Positions 52,049 to 64,000 of a stretch of 64,000 bases of DNA are shown one piece after another. The position numbers and the translations under genes were made by a program. Each line of letters opens with the position of its first letter. Position 1 is the first letter of the stretch. Source of the DNA: Anaeramoeba ignava BMAN (Eukaryota > Protista > Anaeramoebae); NCBI GenBank assembly GCA_028826165.1, contig JAPDFW010000063.1, forward strand, positions 496,001 to 560,000. The letters are read 5' to 3'. Under the pieces are notes generated by a model. The model was not told where the DNA came from and did not search any database. It saw only the letters and a list, made by a program, of their open reading frames with translations.

Positions 52049-54001
52049 ATGAATGAAATTTTATTTTTTGGTTTAAATAAAAATCCAATACTTATCAAAA
52101 ATGGATTATATGAAATAACAAAACCAATTCAATTTAAATTTGAAAATGAAAATGAAAATGAAAATGAAAATGAAAAGCAAATTAAACAAATTTCATCAAG
52201 TGAATTTTCAACAATTTTCCTTTTTAAAAATGGAAAAGCAATAGAATATTTAAATCAAAATGATTCAAACCAAAATCCTTCAAAAATCCAAATCAAAAAT
52301 ATTCAAAAAGTAACTGTTGGTTTTCATAATGAATCTATTTTAACAATAGAAGGAAATGTATTTGCAAAAGGAAAAGAAATTAATCCAAAAAATTCAAAAG
52401 AATTTATCAGTATTTCATCATTAATTGAAGACACAAATGATAGGATAATTCAAGATACTGTCTCTGGATACGATTCAATTTACTTATTAACTTCAAATCA
52501 AAATGCTTATGGAATTGGTTTAAATTTTTTTGGTCAACTTGGTTTTGATTCTGGAACACTTAAAAAAACAACAAAACCAATTTTAATGATGAAAAATATT
52601 TCTAAAATATTTTCAGGAAATATTTCAAATTCTGTTTTTCTTTTAAATTCAAATCAAGAATTATTTGTATGCGGAGATAATGTATATAGTCAACTTGGAT
52701 TAGGAAAATCAAGAAAAGAAGAAAAAATACAAGAATTAACCCAAATACAAAATATTCCAAAAGGCAAAATAATTGATATTCAATGTGGATATTCTCATTC
52801 AATAATGTTGGTTGAAAATGAAAATGAAAATCAAAAAGAAAACTTTATTCATGTGGAAATTATCAATATAATGGACTTGGCCAAAAATCTAAAAATATTT
52901 ATGAATTTACTGAAATCAAATCATCTTTATTCGAAAATGATAATATTCTTGAAATTTCTGTTGGATATGAACATACTTTGATTTTAGCTTCCAAATTCAA
53001 AATTAATTGGATTTGGTGGTAATTATTATGGTCAATTAGGAACTGGAGATACAAATAATCAACCAATTCCAATTCCAATTCAAATTGAACTTCCTAAATT
53101 AAGATTTAATGAAAATATTTCTAATTATCATATTTCTTGTGGTTTTTACAAATCATTTCTTTATTATTCTCCTTTTCTTTCCAATCTTGAAGAAGATTTG
53201 ATAAAATTATTTAGAAGAAATGAATTTTGTGATATTTCATTTAAAACCAAAAATGGAGAAATAATCAAAGCTCATAAATTAATATTGAAATATAGATTAA
53301 ATCAAAATGAAAATCAAATTGAAAAACTTCAAGAAATTATTTCAAATAAATCAATTAAAGAATCAAATCAAATATTTGAAATGATTTATTCAAACAATTC
53401 CAAAATAAATCCAAAATTATATTTAGAAATTAAAGAAATTATAAATTCCAATGAAAAAATTGAAGAAACAATGAAAAGAATTTATTTAAATGAAAATGAA
53501 AATGAAAAAGATTTTATAATCGAAAGAAAAGAAAAACAATATAAATTTCCAAAATTAATATTAATAATGAGAAGTGAATTATATCGAGGAATGTTTTTAT
53601 CTGTAACAGAAGATACTTCTAATAAAGTTACAGATTATAGTGAATTAAGTAATAAATCATTCCAAATATTTGAATATTGGATTTATTCAAATAAAATCAA
53701 AAATGGAATTCAAATTACAAAAGAAATAATTGATGAAATCAAAATTGGAATTGATTATTTTCAATTAAATCAAAAAAATCCAAATTTATTTGATTTATTA
53801 ATTAATAAATTTAATAATCAAAATTTACAATTAAAATTAAAAGAAGAGAAAGAGAAAGAGGAAGAGAAAGAGAAAGAAAAAGAAAAAGAAAAAGAGAAAG
53901 AAAAAGAAGGAAGAAAAAAGAAAAAGGAGAAAGAAAAGGAGAAAGAAAAGGAGAAAGAAAAGGAGAAAGAAAAAATGAAGAAAAAATGTTTAATTTTTTA
54001 A
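52049..54001 (+). CDS. RCC1-BTB copy 5, one -1 frameshift at ~52832; (EK)n tail ending in CLIF
   Basis: ORFs 52049-52981 and 53198-54001 join if AAT CCA AAA AGA (lost C) is restored. Confidence 0.8.
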
Positions 54002-54063
54002 ATTAAAATTGAAATAAAAAAAATTTTTTTTTTTCATTTTTTTCATTTTTTTCTTTTTCAAAA

Positions 54064-55851
54064 ATGAATGAAATTATATTTTTTGGTTGGAATGAATTTC
54101 CAAAACTTATTAAAAATGAACCAGAAAAAATAACAAAACCAATTCAATTTAAATTTGAAAATGAAAATGAAAATGAAAATGAAAATGAAAAACAAATTAA
54201 ACAAATTTCTTCTGGAATATTTTCAACAATTTTCCTTTTTAAAAATGGAAAAGCAATAGAATATTTAACTGATGAAGAAGATTCAAATCAAAAACTTGAA
54301 AAAATCCAAATTGAAGAAAATATTCAAAAAGTAACTGTTGGTCATGATAATGAAGCTATTTTAACAATAGAAGGAAATGTATTTGCAAAAGCAAGAAATA
54401 TTAATCCAAAAAATCCAAAAGAATTTATCAATATTTCATCATTAATTGAAGATACAAATGATAGAATAATCAAAGATATTGTTTCTGGAGATAATTCAAC
54501 TTACTTATTAACTTCAAATCATAATGCTTATGGAATTGGTTCAAATGAATATGGTCAACTTGGTTTTGATTCTAAAACACTTAAAAAAACAGAAAAACCA
54601 ATTTTAATGATGAAAAATGTTTCTAAAATATTTTCAGGAAATTCTTCAAATCATGTTTTTCTTTTAAATTCGAATCAAGAATTATTTGGATGCGGTGATA
54701 ATATGCATGTTCAACTTGGATTAGGAAAATTAACAAAAGAAACACAAATCCAAGAATTAACCAAAATCCAAAATATTCCAAAAGGCAAAATAATTGATAT
54801 TCAATGTGGAAGTTTATATTCAATAATGTTGATTGAAAATGAAAATCAAAATGAAAATCCAAAAAGAAAACTTTATTCATGTGGATATTATTCATATAAT
54901 GGACTTGGCCAAGAATTTGAAGATATTTATGAATTTACTGAAATCAAATCATCTTTATTTGAAAATGATGATAATATTCTTGATTTTTCTGTTGGATATA
55001 ATCATACTTTGATTTTAACTTCCAATTCAAAACTATTTGGATTTGGTGGCAGTTATTATGGTGAATTAGGAACTGGAGATACATCTAATCAACCAATTCC
55101 AATTCAAATTGAACTTCCTGAATTAAGATTTAATGAAGATATTTCCAATTATCATCTTTCTTGTGGATATTGGAGATCATTCCTTTATTATTCTCCTCTT
55201 TCTTTTTCCAATCTTGAAGAAGATTTGATAAAACTATTTAGAAGAAAAGAATTTTGCAATATTTCATTTAAAACAGAAAATGGAGAAATAATTGAAGCTC
55301 ATAAATTAATATTGAAATATAGATTAAATCAAAATCAAAATGAAATTGAAAAACTTCAAGAAATTATTTCAAAAAGATCAATTAAAGAATCAAATCAAAT
55401 ATTTGAAATGATTTATTCAAATAGAATAATAAATCCAAAATTATATTCTGAAATTAAAGAAATTATAAATTTCAATGAAAAAATTGAAGAAACAATGAAA
55501 AGAATTTATTTAAATGAAAATGAAAATGAAAATGATTTTATAATTGAAAGAAAAGAAAAACAATATAAATTTCCTAAATTAATATTAATAATGAGAAGTG
55601 AATTATATCGAGGAATGTTTTTATCTGTAACAAATGATACTTCTAATAAAGTTACAGATTATAGTGAATTAAGTGATAAATCATTTCAAATATTTGAATA
55701 TTGGATTTATTCAAATCAAATTAAAGAAGAAATTGAAATTACACAAGAAATTATTGATGAAATTAAAATTGGAATTGATTATTTTCAATTAAATCAAACA
55801 AATCCAAATTTATTTGATTTATTAATTAACAAATTTAATAATCAAAATTAA
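54064..55851 (+). CDS. RCC1-BTB copy 6 (no CaaX)
   Basis: Intact 595-aa ORF. Confidence 0.9.
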   Translation: MNEIIFFGWNEFPKLIKNEPEKITKPIQFKFENENENENENEKQIKQISSGIFSTIFLFKNGKAIEYLTDEEDSNQKLEKIQIEENIQKVTVGHDNEAILTIEGNVFAKARNINPKNPKEFINISSLIEDTNDRIIKDIVSGDNSTYLLTSNHNAYGIGSNEYGQLGFDSKTLKKTEKPILMMKNVSKIFSGNSSNHVFLLNSNQELFGCGDNMHVQLGLGKLTKETQIQELTKIQNIPKGKIIDIQCGSLYSIMLIENENQNENPKRKLYSCGYYSYNGLGQEFEDIYEFTEIKSSLFENDDNILDFSVGYNHTLILTSNSKLFGFGGSYYGELGTGDTSNQPIPIQIELPELRFNEDISNYHLSCGYWRSFLYYSPLSFSNLEEDLIKLFRRKEFCNISFKTENGEIIEAHKLILKYRLNQNQNEIEKLQEIISKRSIKESNQIFEMIYSNRIINPKLYSEIKEIINFNEKIEETMKRIYLNENENENDFIIERKEKQYKFPKLILIMRSELYRGMFLSVTNDTSNKVTDYSELSDKSFQIFEYWIYSNQIKEEIEITQEIIDEIKIGIDYFQLNQTNPNLFDLLINKFNNQN

Positions 55852-56190
55852 AATTAAAAATTAAAATTAAAATTAAAATTAAAATTAAAATTAAAATTAA
55901 AATTAAAATTAAAATTAAAATTAAAATTAAAATCAAAAATTAAAATTAAAATTAAAATTAAAATTAAAATTAAAATTTAAAATCAAAATCAAAATTAAAA
56001 TTAAAATTAAAATTAAAATTAAAATTAAAAATTAAAATTAAAATTAAAATTAAAATTAAAATTAAAATTAAAATTAAAATTAAAATTAAAATTAAAATTA
56101 AAATTAAAATTAAAATTAAAATTAAAATTAAAATTAAAATTAAAATTAAAATTAAAATCAAAATTAAAATTAAAATTAAAATTAAAAATC
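55852..56190 (+). repeat. (AAAATT)n spacer
   Basis: Visible; similar spacers at ~51880-52010, 58010-58280 and 60140-60335. Confidence 0.95.
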
Positions 56191-56216
56191 ATTTTTTCAT
56201 TTTTTTCTTTTCAAAA

Positions 56217-58010
56217 ATGAATGATTGTTTATTTTTTGGAAGAAATTATAAACCAAATCTTATCAAAAATGAACCAAAAGAAATAATAACAAAACCAATT
56301 CAATTTAAATTTGAAAATGAAAATGAAAATGAAAATGAAAATGAAAAACAAATTAAACAAATTTCAACAGGTTATTTTTCAACAATTTTCCTTTTTGAAA
56401 ATGGAAAAGCAATAGAATATTTAAATGAAAATGAAAATGAAAATGAAAATCCTGAAAAAATCCAAATTGAAGAAAATATTCAAAAAGTAACTGTTGGTTT
56501 TGATAATGAAGCTATTTTAACAATAGAAGGAAATGTATTTGCAAAAGGAAAAGATATTAATCCAAAAAATCCAAAAGAATTTATCAATATTTCATCATTA
56601 ATTGAAGATACAAATGATAGAATAATTGAAGATATTGTTTCTGGAGCTTATTCAATTTACTTATTAACTTCAAATCAAAATGTTTATGGAATTGGCTTAA
56701 ATGAATATGGTCAACTTGGTTTTGATTCTAAAACACTTAAAAAAACAGAAAAACCAATTTTAATGATGAAAAATGTTTCTAAAATATTTTCAGGAAATTC
56801 TTCAAAACATGTTTTTCTTTTAAATTCAAACCAAGAATTATTTGGATATGGGGATAATTCTTCAAAACAACTTGGATTAGGAGAATCAAGAAAAGAAGAA
56901 TTCAAAATCCAAGAATTAACCAAAATCCAAAATATTCCAAAAGGCAAAATAATTGATATTCAATGTGGATATTCTCATTCAATAATGTTGATTGAAAATG
57001 AAAATGAAAATCAAGATCCAAAAAGAAAACTTTATTCATGTGGAAGATATTTTTTTAATGGACTTGGTAAAGATAAGGATACTTATGAATTTACTGAAAT
57101 CAAATCATCTTTATTTGAAAATGATGATATTCTTGATTTTTCTGTTGGATGTTTTCATAATTTAATTTTAACTTCCAATTCGAAATTAATAGGATTTGGA
57201 TATAATTCTTCTTCTCAATTAGGATTTGAAGATACAGAAACACAATTAATTCCAATTCAAATTGAACTTCCTAAATTAAAATTTAATGAAAATATTTCCA
57301 ATTATCATCTTTCTTGTGGAGATTACAGAACATTTCTTTATTATTCTCCTTTTCTTTCTTCTTTTTCCAATCTTGAAGAAGATTTGATAAAATTATTTAG
57401 AAGAAAAGAATTTTGCAATATTTCATTTAAAACTGAAAATGGAGAAATAATTGAAGCTCATAAATTAATATTGAAGTATAGATTAAATCAAAATCAAAAT
57501 CAAATTGAAAAACTTCAAGAAATTATTTCAAATAAATCAATTAAAGAATCAAATCAAATATTTGAAATGATTTATTCAAACAGAATAATAAATCCAAAAT
57601 TATATTCTGAAATTAAAGAAATTATAAATTCAAATGAAAAAATAGAAGAAACAATTAAAAGAATTTATTTAAATGAAAATGAAAATGAAAAAGATTTTAT
57701 TATTGAAAGAAAAGAAAAACAATATAAATTTCCTAAATTAATATTAATAATGAGAAGTGAATTATATCGAGGAATGTTTTTATCTGTAACTGAAGATACT
57801 TCTAATAAAGTTACAGATTATAGTGAATTAAGTAATAAATCATTTCAAATATTTGAATATTGGATTTATTCAAATCAAATTAAAGAAGAAATTCAAATTA
57901 CACAAGAAATTATTGATGAAATTCAAAAAGGAATTGATTATTTTCAATTAAATCAAACAAATCCAAATTTATTTGATTTATTAATTAACAAATTTAATAA
58001 TCAAAATTAA
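56217..58010 (+). CDS. RCC1-BTB copy 7 (no CaaX)
   Basis: Intact 597-aa ORF. Confidence 0.9.
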   Translation: MNDCLFFGRNYKPNLIKNEPKEIITKPIQFKFENENENENENEKQIKQISTGYFSTIFLFENGKAIEYLNENENENENPEKIQIEENIQKVTVGFDNEAILTIEGNVFAKGKDINPKNPKEFINISSLIEDTNDRIIEDIVSGAYSIYLLTSNQNVYGIGLNEYGQLGFDSKTLKKTEKPILMMKNVSKIFSGNSSKHVFLLNSNQELFGYGDNSSKQLGLGESRKEEFKIQELTKIQNIPKGKIIDIQCGYSHSIMLIENENENQDPKRKLYSCGRYFFNGLGKDKDTYEFTEIKSSLFENDDILDFSVGCFHNLILTSNSKLIGFGYNSSSQLGFEDTETQLIPIQIELPKLKFNENISNYHLSCGDYRTFLYYSPFLSSFSNLEEDLIKLFRRKEFCNISFKTENGEIIEAHKLILKYRLNQNQNQIEKLQEIISNKSIKESNQIFEMIYSNRIINPKLYSEIKEIINSNEKIEETIKRIYLNENENEKDFIIERKEKQYKFPKLILIMRSELYRGMFLSVTEDTSNKVTDYSELSNKSFQIFEYWIYSNQIKEEIQITQEIIDEIQKGIDYFQLNQTNPNLFDLLINKFNNQN

Positions 58011-58307
58011 AATCAAAATCAAAATTAAATTTAAAATTAAAATCAAAATCAAAATCAAAATTAAAATTAAAATTAAAATTAAAATCAAAATCAAAATTAA
58101 AATTAAAATTCAAATTAAAATTAAAATTAAAATTAAATTTAAAATTAAAATTTAAAATTAAAATTAAAATTAAAATTAAATTTAAAAATCAAAATTAAAA
58201 TCAAAATTAAAAATTAAAATTAAAATTAAAATTAAAATTAAAATTAAAATTAAAATTAAAATTAAAATCAAATTAAAAATCATTTTTTCATTTTTTTCTT
58301 TTTAAAA

Positions 58308-60134
58308 ATGAATGAAATTTTATTTTTTGGTTTAAATCAAAATCCAATTCTTATCAAAAATGAATCAAATATAATAACAAAACCAATTCAATTTAAATTT
58401 GAAAATGAAAATGAAAATGAAAATGAAAAACAAATTAAACAAATTTCAACAGGTTATTTTTCAACAATTTTCCTTTTTGAAAATGGAAAAGCAATAGAAT
58501 ATTTAAATGAAAATGAAAATGATTCAAATCAAAATCCTTCAAAAATCGAATTTGAAAATATTCAAAAAGTAACTGTTGGTCATGATAATGAAGCTATTTT
58601 AACAATAGAAGGAAATGTATTTGCCAAAGGATTTAATATTAATCAAAAAAATCCAAATGAATTTATCAATATTTCATCATTAATTGAAGATATAAATGAT
58701 AGAATAATCAAAGATATTGTTTCTGGAGCTTATTCAATTTACTTATTAACTTCAAATCAAAATGTTTATGGAATTGGCTTAAATGAATATGGTCAACTTG
58801 GTTTTGATTCTAAAACACTTTAAAAAACAGAAAAACCAATTTTAATGATGAAAAATGTTTCTAAAATATTTTCAGGAAATGACTCACAACATGTTTTTCT
58901 TTTAAATTCAAATCAAGAATTATTTGGATGCGGATATAATCAATTTGGTCAAATTGGATTAAGAGAATCAAGAAAAGAAGAAAGAAAAATCCAAGAATTA
59001 ACCAGAATTCACAATATCCCAAAAGGCAAAATAATTGATATTCAATGTGGAAATGTTCATTCAATAATGTTGATTGAAGAAGAAGATGAAAATGAAAATC
59101 CAAAAAGAAAACTTTATTCATGTGGATATTGCCCATATAATGGACTTAGAAAATATGAAGATACTTATGAATTTACTGAAATCAAATCATCTTTATTCAA
59201 AAATGATAATATTCTTGATTTTTCTGTTGGAAATAATCATACTTTGATTTTAACATCCAAAGGGAAATTACTAGTATTTGGAAGTAATAAATATGGTAAA
59301 TTAGGAACTGGAAATACAAAAGATCAATTAATTCCTATTCAAATTGAACTTCCTAAATTAAAATTTAATGAAAATATTTCCAATTATCATATTTCTTGTG
59401 GATCAAGTAATTCATTTCTTTATTATTCTCCTTTCCTTTATTCTTTTTCCAATATTGAAGAAGATTTGATAAAATTATTTAGAAGAAAAGAATTTTGTGA
59501 TATTTCATTTAAAACCGAAAATGGAGAAATAATTGAAGCTCATAAATTAATATTAAAATACAGATTAAATCAAAATCAAAATGAAATTGAAAAACTTAAA
59601 GAAATTATTTCAAAAAAATCAATTAAAGAATCAAATCAAATATTTGAAATGATTTATTCAAATAGAATAATAAATCCAAAATTATATTCTGAAATTAAAG
59701 AAATTATAAATTTCAATGAAAAAATAGAAGAAACAATGAAAAGAATTTATTTAAATGAAAATGAAAATGAAAAAGATTTTATTATTGAAAGAAAAGAAAA
59801 ACAATATAAATTCCCAAAATTAATATTAATAATGAGAAGTGAATTATATCGAGGAATGTTTTTATCTGTAAAAAATGATACTTCTAATAAAGTTACAGAT
59901 TATAATGAATTAAGTAATGAATCATTTCAAATATTTGAATATTGGATTTATTCAAATAAAATCAAAAATGGAATTGAAATTACACAAGAAATAATTGATG
60001 AAATTAAAAAAGGAATTGATTATTTTCAATTAAATCAAACATATCCAAATTTATTTGATTTATTAATTAACAAATTTAATAATCAAAATTTAAAATTAAA
60101 AAAAGAAAAGAAAGAAAAGTGCTTAATTTTTTAA
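58308..60134 (+). CDS. RCC1-BTB copy 8, one frameshift at ~58821, ends in CLIF
   Basis: ORFs 58308-58823 and 58845-60134 are consecutive parts of one paralogue. Confidence 0.8.
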
Positions 60135-60377
60135 ATCAAAATCAATATTAATATTAAAATTAAAATTCAAATTAAAATTAAAATCCAATTCAAAATTAAA
60201 ATTAAAATTAAAATCAAAATTAAAATTAAAATTAAAATTAAAATTAAAATTAAAATTAAAATTAAAATTAAAATTAAAATTAAAATTAAAATTAAAATTA
60301 AAATTAAAATTAAAATTAAAATTAAAATCAAAATTATTTTTCATTTTTATTTTTCATTTTTCATTTTTCAAAAATAA

Positions 60378-61167
60378 ATGAGAATTAAAAGAAGAAAAAT
60401 TACAAAAAAAACTGTTACTTTTTTTCAAGTTGCTTTTCATTTTCGACCACCTTTTAAAATATTAATTGATGGAAATTTTATTTATGCATCATTAGATTAT
60501 AGAATGAATTTAAAAGAACAATTAACAAATTTATTAAATTCTTCAGTTATTTTATGTATAAAAAAAAGAAATGAAATTAAAAAAAATTTTTTCAATTAAA
60601 AATTTAATTGATTTTTTTTTTCAATAATTTTTTTTCTAAGTAACAACATCTTGTGCATATCATGAACTAAGAAATCTTGGAGATAAGTTTTCAGGTGCAA
60701 GTTTAAATGCAAAAAGAATGCAACAAACTTATTGTGGACATCAAAAACCAAAGCAAGTTTCTGATTGTTTTTTGGATTTAATTGGAAAAAATAATAAAAA
60801 ACATTTTTTTGTTGCTTCTCAAGATATTGTATTAAGACAGAAATTAAGGAAATTGGGTTGTGTACCTCTTTTATATATTCAAAAGGGTCAAATATTTTTA
60901 GAAAAAATTCCTAAATTTGTTTCTCAAAAAAAGACAAATGAAGCACAAAATGTTTTTTTTGATAAAACAAATCAAAATGAAAATTTAAATCAAAATCAAA
61001 ATCAAAATCAAAATTTAAATCAAAATCAAAATTTAAATCAAAATCAAAATCAAAATCAAAATCAAAATCAAAATTTAAATCAAAAAGAAAATAAAAAGAA
61101 ACTAAAAAGAATTAAAAGAAAAAAAAGAAAATTAGATTGGGAAATTATAGATTTAGATTTAAAATGA
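60378..61167 (+). CDS. UTP23: rRNA-processing PIN-domain protein UTP23
   Basis: Exons 60378-60555 and 60641-61167. MRIKRRK..F.FRPPFKILIDGNF, TTSCAYHEL, CGH, HFFVASQD..LRQKLRKLGCVPLLYI. Confidence 0.9.
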
Positions 61168-61254
61168 AAATATAACTGAAAATGAAAATCAAAATTAAAT
61201 CAAAATCAATATTAAATCAATATTAAATCAAAATCAAAAAGAAAATAAAAAGAA

Positions 61255-61520
61255 ATTTAGATTTAGATTTAGATTTAGATTTAGATTTATATTTATATTT
61301 AGATTTAAATTTAGATTTAAATTTAGATTTAGATTTAAAATTAGATTTAGATTTAAAATTAGATTTAGAAATAGATTTATATTTAGATTTAGATTTAAAT
61401 TTAAATTTAGATTTAGATTTAGATTTAGATTTAGATTTAGATTTAGATTTAAATTTAAATTTAGATTTAAATTTAGATTTAGATTTAGATTTAGAATTAG
61501 ATTTAGATTTAGATTTAGAT
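61255..61520. repeat. (ATTTAG)n microsatellite between the convergent UTP23 and ALDH7 genes
   Basis: Visible. Confidence 0.9.
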
Positions 61521-61747
61521 TGAAAAATAATAGAATAAATTTCTCGTTTTCATTAATTTATTTTTATTTTTACTTTTTGAATTTAAAAAGATTTAGATTT
61601 AAAAAGTAAAAATAAAAAAATTTAGATTGAAAAAAATAGAATAAAGTTTTCATTAATTTTTATTTTTACTTTGAATTTAAAAAGTAAAAGAAAAAAGAAA
61701 GAAAGAAAGAAAGAAGAAAGAAAGAAAAAAGAAAGAAAGAAAAAAAC

Positions 61748-63727
<1,980 letters not shown>

Positions 63728-64000
63728 CTGCAAATTTTAATTTTGATTTTAATTTTAATTTTAATATTAATTTTAATTTTGATTTTAATTTTAATTTCAT
63801 AAATGAATTTTAATTATAATTTTAAAATGAATTTTAATTTTAATTTTAATTTTAATTTAAATTTTAATTTTAATTTTAATTTTAATTTTAATTTTAATTT
63901 TGATTTTAATTTTAATTTTAATTTTAATTTTAATTTTAATTTTAATTTTGGATTGATGAAGAAATTTTAAATCTTTAATTTTAATTTTAATTTTGATTTT

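Noticed and set aside
5790-60134. Diversity-generating retroelement behind the RCC1 hypervariability
   Set aside because: No reverse transcriptase or template repeat in the window; changes are not confined to adenines, and conserved third-position T/A is expected from the AT bias.
61255-61520. (TTAGAT)n as an interstitial telomeric repeat
   Set aside because: It lacks the G-run of telomeric repeats and is degenerate; the same hexamer encodes DL runs at ~19955, so it is an ordinary microsatellite.

Overview
Extremely AT-rich, gene-dense eukaryotic (protist) nuclear DNA with GT-AG introns and the standard genetic code. The expanded RCC1-BTB, BTB-BACK-TLDc and aardvark/LRRK2-type ARM families, the EN/NQ homorepeats and a Trichomonas-like TCATTT initiator are reminiscent of a metamonad such as Anaeramoeba (inference only). 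In order: an F-BAR gene 5' end; a ~161-bp satellite in two blocks, each headed by a duplicated GC-containing cassette; a prokaryote-like vWA gene; a minus-strand RCC1-BTB array; two BTB-BACK-TLDc genes; RPB4; a DENN gene; a ~16-kb armadillo-repeat gene of ~69 coding exons, mostly one 44-aa repeat per symmetric exon; a Rab5-like GTPase; CCDC174-like, HMG-box, CARMIL-like and PH + I/LWEQ genes; a plus-strand RCC1-BTB array; UTP23; and the 3' part of ALDH7. Best candidates for an undescribed system: (i) the modular ARM gene, whose interchangeable exons vary mainly at predicted ligand-groove positions, and (ii) a repertoire of putative Cullin-3 adaptors with a hypervariable propeller face and an on/off C-terminal CaaX anchor. 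Gene models were read by eye; many frameshifts may be assembly errors.
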